Below, in pieces: positions 13,641 to 28,600 of a stretch of 64,000 bases of DNA. The DNA is taken from NCBI RefSeq assembly GCF_009914755.1, contig NC_060933.1; one strand, written 5' to 3'. The position numbers and the translations under genes were made by a program. Origin of the DNA: the human T2T-CHM13v2.0 reference genome, Homo sapiens. The notes under the pieces were generated by a model. The model worked only from the letters and a program-made list of their open reading frames with translations, did not search any database and had not been told where the DNA came from. The first letter of the stretch is position 1. Every line of letters starts with the position of its first letter.

Positions 13641-16600
13641 CATTACATTCCATTTCATTCCATTCCATTCCATTCCATTCCGTTGCATTCCATTACGGAT
13701 GATTCCATTGCATTGCATTACATTCCATTCCATTCCCCTGTACTCGGGTTGATTCCATTCCATTCCATTCCAATCCATGCCATTCCACTCGTGTTGATTC
13801 CATTCTTTCCATTCCATTCAAGTTGAATCCATTCCATTGCATTCCATTCCATTCGATTCCATTCGATTGCACTCGGGTTGATTCCATTCCATTCCATTCC
13901 ATTCCATTCTAATCCATTCCATTCCATTCCATTCCGGAAGATTCCATTCCATTTCATTCCATTCCATTCCATTCCCCTGCACTCACGTTGATTCCTTTCC
14001 ATTCCATTCCATTCCATTCCATTCCGTTCCGTTCCGTTCCATTCCATTCCATTCCATTCCGTTCCGTTCCGTTCCGTTCCGTTCCATTCCATTCCATTCC
14101 ATTCTATTCGGGTTAATTCCATTCCATTCCATTCCATTCCATTCCAATCGAGTTGATTCCATTCCATTCCATTCCAGTCCATTCCATTCCATTCCACTCC
14201 ATTCCAGTCCTTTCCATTCCATTCCACTCGGCTTGATTCCAATGTATTCCTTTCCATTCCATTCCATTCCATTGCAATCGAGTTGATTCCATTGCTTTGC
14301 ATTCCATTCCATTCCATTCCATTCCGGATGATTGCATTCCATTGCATTCCATTCCATTCCATTCCCCTGCACTCGGGTTGATTCCACTCCATTCCACTCC
14401 ATTTCATTCCATTCCATTCCATTCCATTGTATTCGGGTTAATTCCATTCCATTCCATTCCATTCCATTCCATTCCATTACAATCGAGTTGATTCCATTCC
14501 ATTCCATTCAATTCCAGTCCTTTCCATTCCATTCCACTCGGGTTGATTCCATTCTATTAGTTTCCATTCCATTCCATTCCCTTCCATTCCACTCTGGTTG
14601 ATTCCATTCCTTTCCATTCCACTCGAATACATTCCCTCCTATTCCACTCGGAACCATTCCATTCCATTCCATTCCATTCCATTCCATTCCATTCCATTCC
14701 ATTTCGTTCCATTCCATTCTATTCCGTATCATTCCATTCCATTCCATTCCATTCCATTCCATTCCATTCCATTCCATTCCATTGTACTCGGGTTGATTCC
14801 ATTCCATTCCATTCCATTCCATTCCATTCTATTCCATTCCTTTCCGTTCCGTTCCATTCCATTGCATTCCATTCCATTCTATTCGGGTTAATTCCATTCC
14901 ATTCCATTCGATTGAAATCGAGTTGATTCCATTCCATTCCATTCCATTCCATTCCATTCCATTCTATTCCATTCCTTTCCATTCCATTACGGATGATTCC
15001 ATTCCATTGCATTCCATTCCATTCCATTCCCCTGTACTCGGGTTGATTCCATTCCATTGCATTCCAATCCATGCCATTCCACTCGTGTTGATTCCATTCT
15101 TTCCATTCCATTCAAGTTGAATCCATTCCATTGCATTCCATTCCATTCGATTCCATTCGATTGCACTCGGGTTGATTCCATTCCATTGCATTCCATTCCA
15201 TTCCATTCCATTCCATTCCATTCCATTCCGTTCCGTTCCGTTCCGTTCCGTTCCATTCCATTCCATTCCATTCTATTCGGGTTAATTCCATTCCATTCCA
15301 TTCCATTCCATTCCATTCCATTCCATTCCATTCCAATCGAGTTGATTCCATTCCATTCCATTCCATTCCATTCCACTCCATTCCAGTCCTTTCCATTCCA
15401 TTCCACTCGGGTTGATTCCAATGTATTCCTTTCCATTCCATTCCATTCCATTGCAATCGAGTTGATTCCATTGCTTTGCATTCCATTCCATTCCATTCCA
15501 TTCCGGATGATTCCATTCCATTGCATTCCATTCCATTCCATTCCCCTGCACTCGGGTTGATTCTATTCCATTCCACTCCATTCCGTTCCATTCCATTCCA
15601 TTCCATTGTATTCGGGTTAATTCCATTCCATTCCATTCCATTCCATTCCATTCCATTCCATTCCATTACAATCGAGTTGATTCCATTCCATTCCATTCCA
15701 TTCCAGTCCTTTCCATTCCATTCCACTCGGGTTGATTCCATTCTATTAGTTTCCATTCCATTACATTCCCTTCCATTCCACTCTGGTTGATTCCATTCCT
15801 TTCCATTCCACTCGAATACATTCCCTCCTATTCCACTCGGAACGATTCCATTCCATTCCATTCCATTCCATTCCATTCCAGTTCGTTCCATTCCGTTCTA
15901 TTCCGTTGCATTCCATTCCATTCCATTCCTTTCCATTCCATTCCTTTCTACTCGTGTTGATTCCATTACTTTCCATTCCATTCGGTTTGAAGGCATTCCA
16001 TTACATTCAATTCCATTCCATTCCATTCCATTCCATTCCATTCCATTCTATTCCATTCCATTGCAATCGAGTTGAATCCATCGCCTTTCATTCCATTCCA
16101 TTCCATTCCATTCCGGAAGATTCCATTCCATTGCATTCCATTCCATTCCATTCCGCTGCACTCGCGTTGATTCCATTCCATTCCATTCCATTCCGTTCCG
16201 TTCCACTCCATTCCATTCCATTCCATTCCATTCCATTCCATTCCATTCCGTTCCGTTCCATTCCATTCCATTCCATTCTATTCGGGTTAATTCCATTCCA
16301 TTCCATTCGATTGCCATCGAGTTGATTCCATTCCATTCCATTCCATTCCATTCCATTCCATTCCATTCCTTTCCATTCAATTACGGATGACTCCATTCCA
16401 TTGCATTCCATTCCATTCCATTCCCCTGTACTCGGTTTGATTCCATTCCATTCCATTCCACTCCATTCGTTTCCGTTGCATTCCATTCTATTGCATTCCA
16501 TCTATTCAGGTTAATTCCATTCCATTCTATTCCATTCCATTCCATTCCATTCCATTGCAATGGAGTTGATTCCATTCCATTCCATTCCATTCCGGATGAT

Positions 16601-19600
16601 TCCATTCCATTGCATTCCATTCCATTCCATTCCCCTGCACTCGTGTTGATTCCATTCCCTTCCATTCCATTCCATTCCGTTCCATTCCATTCCATTCCAT
16701 TCTATTCCGGTTAATTCCATTCCATTCCATTCCATTCCATTCCATTCCATTCCATTCCATTCCATTCCATTGCAATCGAGTTGATTCCATTCCATTCCTT
16801 TCCATTCCATTCCATTGCCTTGCATTCCACTCGGGTTGATTCCATTCCCTTCTTTCCACTCCAATACATTCCCTTCCATGATTGATTCCATTCCATTCCA
16901 TTCCATTTCATTCCATTGAAATCCATTCCAATCCATTCCATTCCATTCCATTCCACTCGAATTGACTTCATTCCATTCCTTTCCATACCATTCCATTCCT
17001 TTCCACTCGAGTTGATTCCATTCCATTCCAATCCATTGCATTCCATTCCATGCCATTCCACTCGGGTTGATTCCATTCCTTTGCATTCTATTAAATTCCA
17101 TTCCATTCCATTCCATTCCATTCCATTCCGTTGCATTCCATTCCATTACATTCGGATTGATTCTATTCAACTCCCTTACTCTCCATTACATTCCATTCCA
17201 TTCGGGTTGTTCCATTCCATTCCATTCCATTCCACTCCATTCCATTGCACTCGGGTTGATTCCATTCCATTCCATTCCATTCCATTCCATTCCGGATGAT
17301 TCCATTCCATTGCATTCCGTTCCATTACATTCCCCTGCACTCGCGTTGATTCCATTCCATTCCATTCCTTTCCATTCAATTCCATTCCATTACAATTCGT
17401 TCCATTCCATTCTATTCCGTACCATTCCATTCCATTCCATACCATTCCATTCCATTCCATTCCATTCCATTCCATTCCAATCCGTTCTATTCCGTTCCAT
17501 TCCATTCCATTCCATTCTATTCGGGTTAATCCCATTCCATTCCATTCCATTCCATTCTATTCCATTCCTTTGCAATCGAGTTGAATCCACTGCATTTCAT
17601 TCCATTCCATTCCATTCCATTCCGGAAGATTCCATTCCATTGCATTCCATTCCATGCCATTCCCCTGCACTCGCGTTGATTCCATTCCATTCCATTCCAT
17701 TCCATTCCATTCCCTTCCGTTCCGTTCCATTCCATTCCATTCCATTCGATTGCAATCGAGTTGATTCCATTCCATTCCATTCCATTCCATTCCATTCCAT
17801 TCAATTCCATTCCATTACAATTCGTTCCATTCCATTCTAATCCGTACCATTCCATTCCATTCCATTCCATTCCATACCATTCCATTCCATTCCATTCCAT
17901 TCCATTCCATTCCGTTCCATTCCGTTCCATTCCATTCCATTCCATTCTATTCGGATTAATTCCATTCCATTCCATTCCATTCCATTCTATTCCATTCCAT
18001 TGCAATCGAGTTGAATCCATTGCATTTAATTCCATTCCATTCCATTCCATTCCATTCCAGAAGATTCCATTCCATTGCATTCCATTCCATTCCATTCCCC
18101 TGCACTCGCGTTGATTCCATTCCATTCCATTCCATTCCATTCCTTTCCGTTCCGTTCCATTCCATTGCATTCCCTTCAATTCCATTCCGTTCCGTTCCAT
18201 TCCATTCCATTCCATTCTATTCGGGTTAATTCCATTCCATTCCATTCGAATGCAATCGAGTTGATTCCATTCCATTCCATTCCATTCCATTCCATTCCAT
18301 TCCATTCCTTTCCATTCCATTTCGGATGATTCCATTCCATTGCATTCCATTCCATTCCATTCCCCTGTACTCAGGTTGATTCCATTCCATTCCATTCCAA
18401 TCCATGACATTCCATTCGTGTTGATTCCATTCTTTCCATTCCATTCAAGTTTAATCCATTCCATTGCATTCCATTCCATTCGATTCCATTCGATTGCACT
18501 CGGGTTGATTCCATTCCATTGCATTCCATTCCATTCCATTCAATTCCATTCCGTTCCATTCCATTCCATTACATTCGGATTGATTCTATTCAACTCCCTT
18601 ACACTCCATTACATTCCATTCCATTCGGGTTGTTCCATTCCATTCCATTCCATTCCACTCCATTCCATTGCACTCGGGTTGATTCCATTCAATTCCATTC
18701 CATTCCATTCCATTCCATTCCGGAAGATTCCATTCCATTGCATTCCATTCCATTCCATTCCCCTGCACTCGCGTTGATTCCATTCCATTCCATTCTATTC
18801 CATTCCATTCCCTTCCTTTCCGTTCCATTCCATTCCATTCCATTCCATTCATTCCATTCCGTTCCATTCCATTCCATTCCATTCCATTCTATTCGGGTTA
18901 ATTCCATTCCATTCCATTCGATTGCAATCGAGTTGATTCCATTCCATTCCATTCCATTCCATTCCATTCCTTTCCTTTCCATTCCATTACGGATGATTCC
19001 ATTCCATTGCATTCCATTCCATTCCATTCCCCTGTACTCGGGTTGATTCCATTCCATTCCATTCCAATCCATGCCATTCCACTCGTGTTGATTCCATTCT
19101 TTCCATTCCATTCAAGTTGAATCCATTCCATTGCATTCCATTCCATTCGATTCCATTTGATTGCACTCGGTTTGATTCCATTCCATTGCATTCCATTCCA
19201 TTCCATTCCATTCCATTCCGTTCCATTCCATTCCATTACATTCGGATTGATTCTATTCAATTCCCTTACACTCCATTACACTCCATTCCATTCGGGTAGT
19301 TTCCATTCCATTCCATTCCATTCCTCTCCATTCCATTGAACTCGGGTTGATTCCATTCCATTGCATTCCATTCCATTCCATTCAATTCCATTCCGTTGCA
19401 TTCCATTCCATTACATTCAGATTGATTCTATTCAACTCCCTTACTCTCCATTACATTCCATTCCATTCGGGTTGTTCCATTCCATTCCATTCCATTCCAC
19501 TCCATTCCATTGCACTCGGGTTTATTCCATTCCATTCCATTCCATTCCATTCCATTCCATTCCATTCCATTCCGGAAGATTCCATTCCATTGCATTCCAT

Positions 19601-22600
19601 TCCATTCCATTCCCCTGCACTCGCTTTGATTCCATTCCATTCCATTCCATTCCATTCCATTCCATTCCTTTCCGTTCCATTCCATTCCATTCCATTCCAT
19701 TCCAATCCATTCCATTCCATTCCGTTCCGTTCCATTCCATTCCATTCTATTCGGGTTAATTCCATTCCATTCCATTCGATTGCAATCGAGTTGATTCCAT
19801 TCCATTCCATTCCATTCCATTCCATTCCATTCCATTCCTTTCCATTCCATTACGGATGATTCCATTCCATTGCATTCCATTCCATTCCATTCCCCTGTAC
19901 TCGGGTTGATTCCATTCCATTCCATTCCAATCCATGCCATTCCACTCGTGTTGATTCCATTCTTTCCATTCCATTCAAGTTGAATCCATTCCATTGCATT
20001 CCATTCCATTCCATTCCCCTGCAGTCGGGTTGTTTCCATTCCATTCCATTCCATTCCATTCCATTCCATTACATTCCATTACATTCAATTCCGTTCCGTT
20101 GTACTCGTGTTGATTCCATTCCATTGCATTCCATTCCATTCCATTCCATTCCATTCCATTCCATTCCATTCCATTACATTCGGATTGATTCTATTTAACT
20201 CCCTTACACTCCATTACATTCCATTCCATTCGGGTTGTTCCATTCCATTCCATTCCATTCCACTCCATTGCATTGCGCTCGGGTTGATTCCATTCCATTC
20301 CCTTCCATTCCATTCCATTCCATTCCATTCCATTCTATTCTGGATGATTCCGTTCCATTGCATTCCGTTCCATTACATTCCCCTGCACTCGGGTTGATTC
20401 CATTCCATTCCATTCCATTCCATTCGATACCATTCCATTCCAATTCTTTCCATTCCATTCTATTCCGTACCATTCCATTCCATTCCATAGAATTCCATTC
20501 CATTCCATTCCACTCCGTTCCGTTCCGTTCCGTTCTGTTCCGTTCCATTCCATTCCATTCCATTCTATTCGGTTTAATTCCATTCCATTCCATTCCATGC
20601 CATTCCATTCTATTCCATTCTATTGCAATCGAGGTGAATCCATTGCATTCCATTCCATTGCATTCCATTCCATTCCATTCCGGAAGATTCCATTCCATTG
20701 CATTCCATTCCATTCCATTCCATTCCAGTCCTTTCCATTCCTTTCCATTCCATTACTGATGATTCCATTCCATTCCATTCCATTCCATTCCATTCCATTC
20801 CGTTCCCTTCCATTCCATTCCATTCCATTCTATTCGGGTTAATTCCATTCCATTCCATTCCATTCCATTCCATTCCAATCGAGTTGATTCCATTCCATTC
20901 CATTCCATTCCATTCCACTCCATTCCAGTCCTTTCCATTCCATTCCACTCGGGTTGATTCCAATGTATTCCTTTCCATTCCATTCCATTCCATTGCAATG
21001 GAGTTGATTCCATTGCTTTGCATTCCATTCCATTCCATTCCATTCCGGATGATTCCATTCCATTGCATTCCATTCCATTCCATTCCCCTGCACTCGGGTT
21101 GATTCCATTCCATTCCACTCCATTCCGTTCCATTCCATTCCATTCCAATGTATTAGGGTTAATTCCATTCCATACCATTCCATTCCATTCCATTCCATTC
21201 CATTACAATCGAGTTGATTCCATTCCATTCCATTCCATTCCAGTCCTTTCCATTCCATTCCACTCGTGTTGATTCCATTCTATTAGTTTCCATTCCATTC
21301 CATTCCCTTCCTTTCCACTCTGGTTGATTCCATTCCTTTCCATTCCACTCGAAAACATCCCTCCTATTCCACTCGGAACGATTCCATTCCATTCCATTCC
21401 ATTCCATTCCATTCCATTCCATTCCATTCCTCTGCTTTCCATTGCACTCGGGTTGATTCCATTCCATTGCATTCCATTCCATTCCATTCAATTCCATTCC
21501 GTTCCATTCCATTCCATTTCATTCGGATTGATTCTATTCAACTCCCTTACTCTCCATTACATTCCATTCCATTCGGGTTGTTCCATTCCATTCCATTCCA
21601 TTCCACTCCATTCCATTGCACTCGGGTTGATTCCATTCTATTCCATTCCATTCCATTCCATTCCATTCCATTCCGGAAGATTCCATTCCATTGCATTCCA
21701 TTCCATTCCATTCCCCTGCACTCGCGTTGATTCCATTCCATTCCATTCTATTCCATTCCATTCCCTTCCTTTCCGTTCCATTCCATTCCATTCCATTCCA
21801 TTCCATTCCATTACATTCCGTTCCGTTCCGTTCCGTTCCATTCCATTCCATTCCATTCTATTCGGTTAATTCCATTCCATTCCATTTGATTGCAATCGAG
21901 TTGATTCCATTCCATTCCATTCCATTCCATTCCATTCCATTCCATTCCTTTCCATTCCATTACGGATGATTCCATTCCATTGCATTCCATTCCATTCCAT
22001 TCCCCTGTACTCGGGTTGATTCCATTCCATTCCATTCCAATCCATGCCATTCCACTCGTGTTGATTCCATTCTTTCCATTCCATTCAAGTTGAATCCATT
22101 CCATTGCATTTCATTCCATTTGATTCCATTCGATTGCACTCGGGTTGATTCCATTCCATTGCATTCCATTCCATTCCATTCCATTCCATTCCATTCCGTT
22201 CCATTCCATTTCATTACATTCAGATTTATTCTATTCAATTCCCTTACACTCCATTATATTCCAATCCATTCTGGTTGTTTCCATTCCATTCCATTCCATT
22301 TCACTCCATTCCTTTGCACTCGGGTTGATTCCATTCCATTCCATTCCATTGCATTCCATTCTATTCCATTCCGGATGATTCCATTCCATTGCATTCCATT
22401 CCATTCCATTCCCCTGCACTCGGGTTGACTCCATTCCATTCCATTCCATTACATTCCGTTCCATTCCATTCCATTCCATTCGGATTGATTCTTTTCAACT
22501 CCCTTACTCTCCATTACATTCCATTCCATTCGGGTTGTTCCATTCCATTCCATTCCATTCCACTCCATTCCATTGCACTCGCGTTGATTCCATTCCATTC

Positions 22601-25600
22601 CATTCCATTCCATTCCATTCCGGATGATTCCTTTCCATTGCATTCCGTTCCATTACATTCCGCTGCACTCGGGTTGATTCCATTCCATTCCTTTCCATTC
22701 CATTCGATTCCATTCCATTCCCCTGCACTCGCGTTGATTCTATTCCATTCCATTCCATTCCATTCCATTCCATTCCATTCCTTTCCTTTCCATTCCATTC
22801 CATTCCATTCCGTTCCGTTCCATTCCATTCCATTCCATTCTATTCGGGTTAATTCCATTCCATTCCATTCGATTGCAATCGAGTTGATTCCATTCCATTC
22901 CTTTCCATTCCATTCCATTGCATTCCAGTCCTTTCCATTCCTTTCCATTCCATTTCTGATGATTCCATTCCATTGCATTCCATTCCATTCCATTCCCCTG
23001 TACTCGGGTTGATTCCATTCCATTCCATTCCAATCCATGCCATTCCAGCCGTGTTGATTCCATTCTTTCCTTTCCATTCAAGTTGAATCCATTCCATTGC
23101 ATTCCATGGCATTCGATTCCATTCGATTGCACTCGGGTTGATTCCATTCCATTTCATTCCATTCCATTCCATTCCGTTCCATTCCATTTCATTACATTCA
23201 GATTGATTCTATTCAATTCCCTTACACTCCATTATATTCCAATCCATTCTGGTTGTTTCCATTCCATTCCATTCCATTTCACTGCATTCCATTGCACTCG
23301 GGTTGATTCCATTCCATTCCATTCCATTGCATTCCATTCGATTCCATTCCGGATGATTCCATTCCATTGCATTCCATTCCATTCCATTCCCCTGCACTCG
23401 GGTTGATTCCTTTCCATTCCATTCCATTACATTCCGTTCCATTCCATTCCATTCCATTCGGATTGATTCTATTCAATTCCCTTACACTCCATTACATTCC
23501 ATTCCATTCGGGTAGTTTCCATTCCATTCCATTCCATTCCTCTGTATTCCATTGCACTCGGGTTGATTCCATTCCATTCCATTCCATTCCATTCCATTCC
23601 ATTCCATTACAATCCATTCCATTCCGTTCCATTGTACTCGGGTTGATTCCATTCCATTGCATTCCATTCCATTCCATTCCATTCCATTCCATTCCGTTCC
23701 ATTCCATTACATTCGGATTGATTCTATTAAACTCCCTTACTATCCATTACATTCCATTCCATTCGGGTTGTTCCATTCCATTCCATTCCATTCCACTTCA
23801 TTCCATTGCACTCGTGTTGATTCCATTCCATTCCATTCCATTCCATTCCATTCCATTCCGGATGATTCCATTCCATTGCATTCCGTTCCATTACATTCCC
23901 CTGCACTCGCGTTGATTCCATTCCATTCCATTCCATTCCATTCCATTCGATTCCATTCCATTCCAATTCTTTCCATTCCATTGTATTCCGTACCATGCCA
24001 TTCCATTCCATACAATTCCATTCCATTCCATTCCACTCCGTTCCGTTCCGTTCCGTTCCGTTCCGTTCCATTCCATTCCATTCCATTCTATTCGGGTTAA
24101 TTCCATTCCATTCCATTCGATTGCAATCGAGTTGATTCCATTCCATTCCATTCCATTCCATTCCATTCCATTCCATTCCTTTCCATTCCATTACGGATGA
24201 TTCCATTCCATTGCATTCCATTCCATTCCATTCCCCTGTACTCGGGTTGATTCCATTCCATTCCATTCCAATCCATGCCATTCCACTCGTGTTGATTCCA
24301 TTCTTTCCATTCCATTCAAGTTGAATCCATTCCATTGCATTCCATTCCATTCCATTCCCCTGCAGTCGGGTTGATTCCATTCCATTCCATTCCATTCCAT
24401 TCCATTCCATTCCATTCCATTCCGTTCCGTTCCATTCCATTACATTCCATTCTATTCGGGTTAATTCCATTCCATTCCATTCCATTCCATTCCATTCCAT
24501 TCCAATCGAGTTGATTCCATTCCATTCCATTCCATTCCATTCCACTCCATTCCAGTCCTTTCCATTCCATTCCACTCTGGTTGATTCCAATGTATTCCTT
24601 TCCATTCCATTCCATTCCATTGCAATCGAGTTGATTCCATTGCTTTGCATTCCATTCCATTCCATTCCATTCCGGATGATTCCATTCCATTGCATTCCAT
24701 TCCATTCCATTCCCCTGCACTCGGGTTGATTCCATTCCATTCCACTCCATTCCGTTCCATTCCATTCCATTCCATTTTATTCGGGTTAATTCCATTCCAT
24801 TCCATTCCATTCCATTCCATTCCATTCCATTCCATTACCATCGAGTTGATTCCATTCCATTCCATTCCATTCCAGTCCTTTCCATTCCATTCCACTCGGG
24901 TTGATTCCATTCTATTAGTTTCCATTCCATTCCATTCCCTTCCATTCCACTCTGGTTGATTCCATTCCTTTCCATTCCACTCGAAAACATTCCCTCCTAT
25001 TCCACTCGGAACGATTCCATTCCATTCCATTCCATTCCATTCCATTCCATTCCATTCCATTCCATTCCATTCCATTTCGTTCCATTCCATTCTATTCCGT
25101 ATCATTCCATTCCATTCCATTCCATTCCATTCCATTCCATTCCATTCCACTCGTGTTGATTCCATTCCTTTCCATTCCATTCGGTTTGAAGGCATTCCAT
25201 TCCATTCCATTCCATTCCACTCCCTTCCATTCCATTCCATTCCATTCCATTGTACTCGGGTTGATTCCATTCCATTGCATTCCATTCCATTCCATTCCAT
25301 TCCTTTCCATTCCGTTGCATTCCATTCCATTACATTCGGATTGATTCTATTCAACTCCCTTACTCTCCATTCCATTCCATTCCATTCGGGTTGTTCCATT
25401 CCATTCCATTGCATTCCACTCCATTCCACTGCACTCGGGTTGATTCCATTCCATTCCATTGCATTCCATTCCATTCCGGATGATTCCATTCGATTGCATT
25501 CCGTTCCATTACATTCCCCTGCACTCGCGTTGATTCCATTCCATTCCATTCCATTCCATTCCATCCATTCCGTTCCATTCCGTTACATTCCATTCCATTC

Positions 25601-28600
25601 CATTCTATTCGGGTTAATTCCATTCCATTCCATTCCATTCCATTCCATTCCATTCTATTCCATTCCATTGCAATCGAGTTGAATCCATTGCATTTCATTC
25701 CATTCCATTCCATTCCATTCCATTCCATTCCATTCCGGAAGATTCCATTCCATTGCATTCCATTCCATTCCATTCCCCTGCACTCGCGTTGATTCCATTC
25801 CATTCCATTCCATTCCATTCCATTCCATTCCATTCCATTCCATTTCATTGTACTCGGGTTGATTCCATTCCATTGCATTCCATTCCATTCCATTCCATTC
25901 CATTCCGTTGCATTCCATTCCATTACATTCGGATTGATTCTATTCAACTCCCTTACTCTCCATTACATTCCATTCCATTCTGGTTGTTCCATTCCGTTCC
26001 ATTCCATTCCATTCCACTCCATTCCATTGCATTCGGGTTGATTCCATTCCATTCCATTCCATTCCATTCCATTCCGGATGATTCCATTCCATTGCATTCC
26101 ATTCCATTACATTCCCCTGCACTCGCGTTGATTCCATTCCCTTCCATTCCATTCCATTCAATTCCATTCCATTACAATTCGTTCCATTCCATTCTATTCC
26201 GTACCATTCCATTCCATTCCATACCATTCCATTCCATTCCATTCCGGAAGATTGCATTCCATTGCATTCCATTCCATTCCATTCCCCTGCACTCGCGTTG
26301 ATTCCATTCCATTCCATTCTATTCCATTCCATTCCCTTCCTTTCCGTTCCATTCCATTCCATTCCATTCCATTCCATTCCGTTCCGTTCCATTCCATTGC
26401 ATTCCATTCTATTCGGGTTAATTCCATTCCATTCCATTCGATTGCAATCGAGTTGATTCCATTCCATTCCATTCCATTCCATTCCATTCCATTCCATTCC
26501 ATTCCATTCCATTATGGATGATTCCATTCCATTGCATTCCATTCCATTCCATTCCCCTGTACTCGGGTTGATTCCATTCCATTCCATTCCAATCCATGCC
26601 ATTCCACTCGTGTTGATTCTATTCTTTCCATTCCATTCAATTTGAATCCATTCCATTGCATTCCATTCCATTCGATTCCATTCGATTGCACTCGGGTTGA
26701 TTCCATTCCATTGCATTCCATTCCATTCCATTCCATTCCATTCCATTCCATTCCATTCCGTTCCATTCCATTCCATTACATTCGGATTGATTCTATTCAA
26801 TTCCCTTACACTCCATTACATTCCATTCCATTCGGGTAGTTTCCATTCCATTCCATTCCATTCCTCTCCATTCCATTGCACTCGGGTTGATTCCATTCCA
26901 TTGCATTCCATTCCATTCCATTCCATTCCATTCCATTCCATTCCATTCCATTCCGGATGATTCCATTCCATTGCATTCCATTCCATTACATTCCCCTGCA
27001 CTCGGGTTGATTCCATTCCATTCCATTCCATTCCATTTCAATCCATTCCATTCCACTACATTCGGATTGATTCTATTCAATTCCCTTACACTCCATTACA
27101 TTCCATTCCATTCGGGATGTTTCCATTGCATTCCATTCCATTCCACTCCATTCCATTGCATCAGGCTGATGGCATTCCATTCCAATCCATTCCATTCCTG
27201 ATGATTCCATTCCATTGCATTCCATTCCATTCCATTCCCCTGCACTCGGGTTGATTCCATTCCATTCCAATCCATTCCATTGCATTCCGTTCCATTCCAT
27301 TCCATTCCATTCTATTCTGGTTAATTCCATTCCATTACATTCGATTCCATTCCATTCCCTTCCATTCCATTGCAATTGAGTTGATTCCATTCCATTCCAT
27401 TCCATTCCGTTCCGGATGATTCCATTCCATTCCATTCCATTCCATTCCATTCCATTCCCCTGCAGTCTGGTTGATTCCATTCCATTCCATTCCATTCCGT
27501 TCCATTCCATTCCATTCCGTTCCATTCCATTCCATTCCATTCTATTCGGGTTAATTCCATTCCGTTCCATTCCATTCCATTCCATTCCATTCCATTCTAT
27601 TCCATTCCAATCGAGTTGATTCCATTCCATTCCATTCCATTCCATTCCATTCCACTCCATTCCAGTCCTTTCCATTCCATTACACTCGGGTTGATTCCAT
27701 TCTCTTCCTTTCCATTCCATTCCATTCCATTGCAATCGAGTTGATTCCATTGCTTTGCATTCCATTCCATTCCATTCCATTCTGGATGATTCCATTCCGT
27801 TGCATTATGTTCCATTACATTCCCCTGCACTCGGGTTGATTCCATTCCATTCCATTCCATTCCATTCGATTCCATTCCATTCCCCTGCACTCGCGTTGAT
27901 TCCATTCCATTCCATTCCATTCCATTCCATTCCATTCCATTCCTTTCCGTTCCATTCCATTCCATTCCATTCCGTTCCGTTCCATTCCATTCCATTCCAT
28001 TCTATTCGCGTTAATTCCATTCCATTCCAATCGATTGCAATAGAGTTGATTCCATTCCATTCCATTCCATTCCATTCCATTCCATTCCTTTCCATTCCAT
28101 TACGGATGATTCTATTCCATTGCATTCCATTCCATTCCATTCCCCTGTACTCGGGTTGATTCCATTGCATTCCATTCCATTCCATTCCCCTGCAGTCGGG
28201 TTGATTCCATTCCATTCCATTCCATTCCATTCCATTCCATTCCATTCCGTTCCGTTCCGTTCCATTCCATTCCATTCCATTCTATTCGGGTTAATTCCAT
28301 TCCATTCCATTCCATTCCATTCCATTCCATTCCATTCCAATCGAGTTGATTCCATTCCATTCCATTCCATTTCATTCCACTCCATTCCAGTCCTTTCCAT
28401 TGCATTCCACTCGGGTTGATTCCAATGTATTCCTTTCCATTCCATTCCATTCCATTGCAATCGAGTTGATTCCATTGCTTTGCATTCCATTCCATTCCAT
28501 TCCATTCCGGATGATTCCATTCCATTGCATTCCATTCAATTCCATTCCCGTGCACTCGGGTTGATTCCATTCCATTCCACTCCATTCCGTTGCATTCCAT

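Larger units (their letters stand above)
3870..25805. repeat. ~22-kb duplicated segment, copy 1 (spans strand switch 1)
   Basis: Private variants recur in the same order ~32.4-33.0 kb downstream: aattaacagaatag 4151/36566, ccgaatataaagg 4646/37061, TGCA junction 12666/45655, ccatccattccgttccattccgttacattc 25561/58501. Spurious ORFs are also identical (3943 vs 36358; 12490 vs 45479). Confidence 0.93.
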
